Assembly: GCF_001194135.2 (NCBI RefSeq)
Contig: NC_068989.1
Span: 78,390,608-78,427,424 of the forward strand
DNA from: Octopus bimaculoides
Taxonomy: Eukaryota
Direction: 5' to 3'
Length of the DNA: 36,817 nucleotides
Shown here: piece by piece, positions 34,717-36,817 of the stretch
Numbering within the stretch: position 1 is the first letter of the stretch
Layout: every line of letters begins with the position of its first letter
Notes under the pieces: model-generated
What the model saw: the letters and a program-made list of their open reading frames with translations, nothing else
Databases searched by the model: none
What the model was told of the DNA's origin: nothing
Program-made: the position numbers and the translations under genes

Positions 34717-36215
34717 CTACAGACAGTACACGGCTTTACCAAGGAAATAGATATGAAATTCGGATTAGAAAAATGTGACAATTCAACCCTGAAAGAGGAA
34801 AATTAGTTAAAAGAGGAAAATTAGTTAAAACACGACCAAGACAAAAAACTGTTTTCGATATGTAAGGAAGCTGACAAATACAAACAAGAAATCAATCTAC
34901 CTAACAAATACGAAGAAGAAGAAGAAGAANNNNNNNNNNNNNNNNNNNNNNNNNNNNNNNNNNNNNNNNNNNNNNNNNNNNNNNNNNNNNNNNNNNNNNN
35001 NNNNNNNNNNNNNNNNNNNNNNNNNNNNNNNNNNNNNNNNNNNNNNNNNNNNNNNNNNNNNNNNNNNNNNNNNNNNNNNNNNNNNNNNNNNNNNNNNNNN
35101 NNNNNNNNNNNNNNNNNNNNNNNNNNNNNNNNNNNNNNNNNNNNNNNNNNNNNNNNNNNNNNNNNNNNNNNNNNNNNNNNNNNNNNNNNNNNNNNNNNNN
35201 NNNNNNNNNNNNNNNNNNNNNNNNNNNNNNNNNNNNNNNNNNNNNNNNNNNNNNNNNNNNNNNNNNNNNNNNNNNNNNNNNNNNNNNNNNNNNNNNNNNN
35301 NNNNNNNNNNNNNNNNNNNNNNNNNNNNNNNNNNNNNNNNNNNNNNNNNNNNNNNNNNNNNNNNNNNNNNNNNNNNNNNNNNNNNNNNNNNNNNNNNNNN
35401 NNNNNNNNNNNNNNNNNNNNNNNNNNNNNNNNNNNNNNNNNNNNNNNNNNNNNNNNNNNNNNNNNNNNNNNNNNNNNNNNNNNNNNNNNNNNNNNNNNNN
35501 NNNNNNNNNNNNNNNNNNNNNNNNNNNNNNNNNNNNNNNNNNNNNNNNNNNNNNNNNNNNNNNNNNNNNNNNNNNNNNNNNNNNNNNNNNNNNNNNNNNN
35601 NNNNNNNNNNNNNNNNNNNNNNNNNNNNNNNNNNNNNNNNNNNNNNNNNNNNNNNNNNNNNNNNNNNNNNNNNNNNNNNNNNNNNNNNNNNNNNNNNNNN
35701 NNNNNNNNNNNNNNNNNNNNNNNNNNNNNNNNNNNNNNNNNNNNNNNNNNNNNNNNNNNNNNNNNNNNNNNNNNNNNNNNNNNNNNNNNNNNNNNNNNNN
35801 NNNNNNNNNNNNNNNNNNNNNNNNNNNNNNNNNNNNNNNNNNNNNNNNNNNNNNNNNNNNNNNNNNNNNNNNNNNNNNNNNNNNNNNNNNNNNNNNNNNN
35901 NNNNNNNNNNNNNNNAAGACCTGGAAGAGAGATAACTCGAATGTGGAGTCTAAAAACAGAAACAATTCCTATCATAGTAGGTGCCTTAGGTATAATTAAA
36001 AAATATTCAGACAAATACATAACAAAAACACCAGGACTTACAAATATATATAACATACAGAAAATTGCACTACTGGGTACTGCACACATTCTACGCAAAA
36101 CACTTTCAATACAGTAAACAAAAGAGCACCACAGCAAACCACAGCACATACCCAAGGCGCATAGAGCTGCGCTCGGTAGTGAAGTGAAAGCACGTTATAA
36201 AAATAAAACTACTGA
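34714..36215 (+). mobile_element. 5'-truncated, internally deleted R4/Dong-clade RLE retrotransposon with intact 3' end, (TAA)n on both sides, central assembly gap
   Basis: 5' part: KLQTVHGFTKEIDMKFGLEKC...KRGKLVK (RT motif-7 region, FGLEKC), then HDQDKKLFSICKEADKYKQEINLPNKYEEEEE. Gap at 34930-35915. 3' part: KDLE/EITRMWSLKTETIPIIVGALGIIKK...IQKIALLGTAHILRKTLSIQ* (stop 36115-36117), the RLE C-terminal motif of R4/Dong. Then a ~100-nt 3' UTR and (AAT)n at 36218-36235. Confidence 0.9.
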
Positions 36216-36817
36216 ACAATAATAATAATAATAATGATGATAATGAATATAAAAAAATAAATGGTGACTAATTCTATCATCGGTCGATCTCACAATTTCT
36301 GTTCATTAATATTCGTACTTATGCACGCACACACACACACAAACACACACTCTCGCGCGCATGCACACACAATGAGGCAAATAGAAATACATGCATACAC
36401 AAATGCACACTCACACACAAAGCCACAAAAATACATACACAACTGCACAAATACACACACATACAGGCGAACACGTTGATTCAAATACAGACGGAGCAAA
36501 ACAGCGATATAAAACACTGAATATAAAGCACCAAATTAAAACACTGGACGTAAAACGTCTAGACAAAACAAATCACCGAATAATAACTAAAAATTTACAA
36601 CCCGCCATTTTCCCTTTAGTTTTCAGTTCGTCTTTAGATGATGTAGGAAGCAACTATTTTTTTTTCTTATAAAAGAAATATGGCAATGATTGCTGTTATT
36701 TGTAACTGAATGGTATTCAGTAACGATAAACAAAAAGTAACCATTAATAATTTATCTCAAAAATATTTTAGGAGACTGTACTCAGTGTTGTTATATTTTC
36801 TTTTTTTTTTAGATCGG

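Overview
AT-rich eukaryotic DNA from a gapped draft assembly. It has 12 N-gaps, most of them bordered by (TA)n or similar repeats, and is dominated by microsatellites and decayed transposable elements. The SINE and MITE families resemble those I recall from coleoid cephalopods (Octopus); that assignment is inference, not a database result. I find no intact protein-coding gene, rRNA, tRNA gene or CRISPR array. Nearly all long ORFs in the track are microsatellite or N-gap artefacts. Recognisable content: (1) four fragments of an R4/Dong-clade restriction-like-endonuclease (RLE) non-LTR retrotransposon, each abutting a (TAA)n-type tract, together covering the 5' UTR/N-terminus, RT, thumb, RLE C-terminus and 3' UTR; (2) the 3' end of an RTE-like LINE; (3) a decayed mariner transposase containing a de novo perfect hairpin, plus three copies of a ~210-bp mariner-derived MITE; (4) about 14 copies or remnants of three tRNA-derived SINE families, two with clear TSDs, including a dense pile-up at 16.6-17.9 kb; (5) a pseudoknot-capable structured element at 7.28-7.38 kb; (6) large triplet arrays, (GAT/GAC)n read as a poly-Asp ORF and ~1 kb of (TTC)n; (7) a few low-confidence candidate exons.
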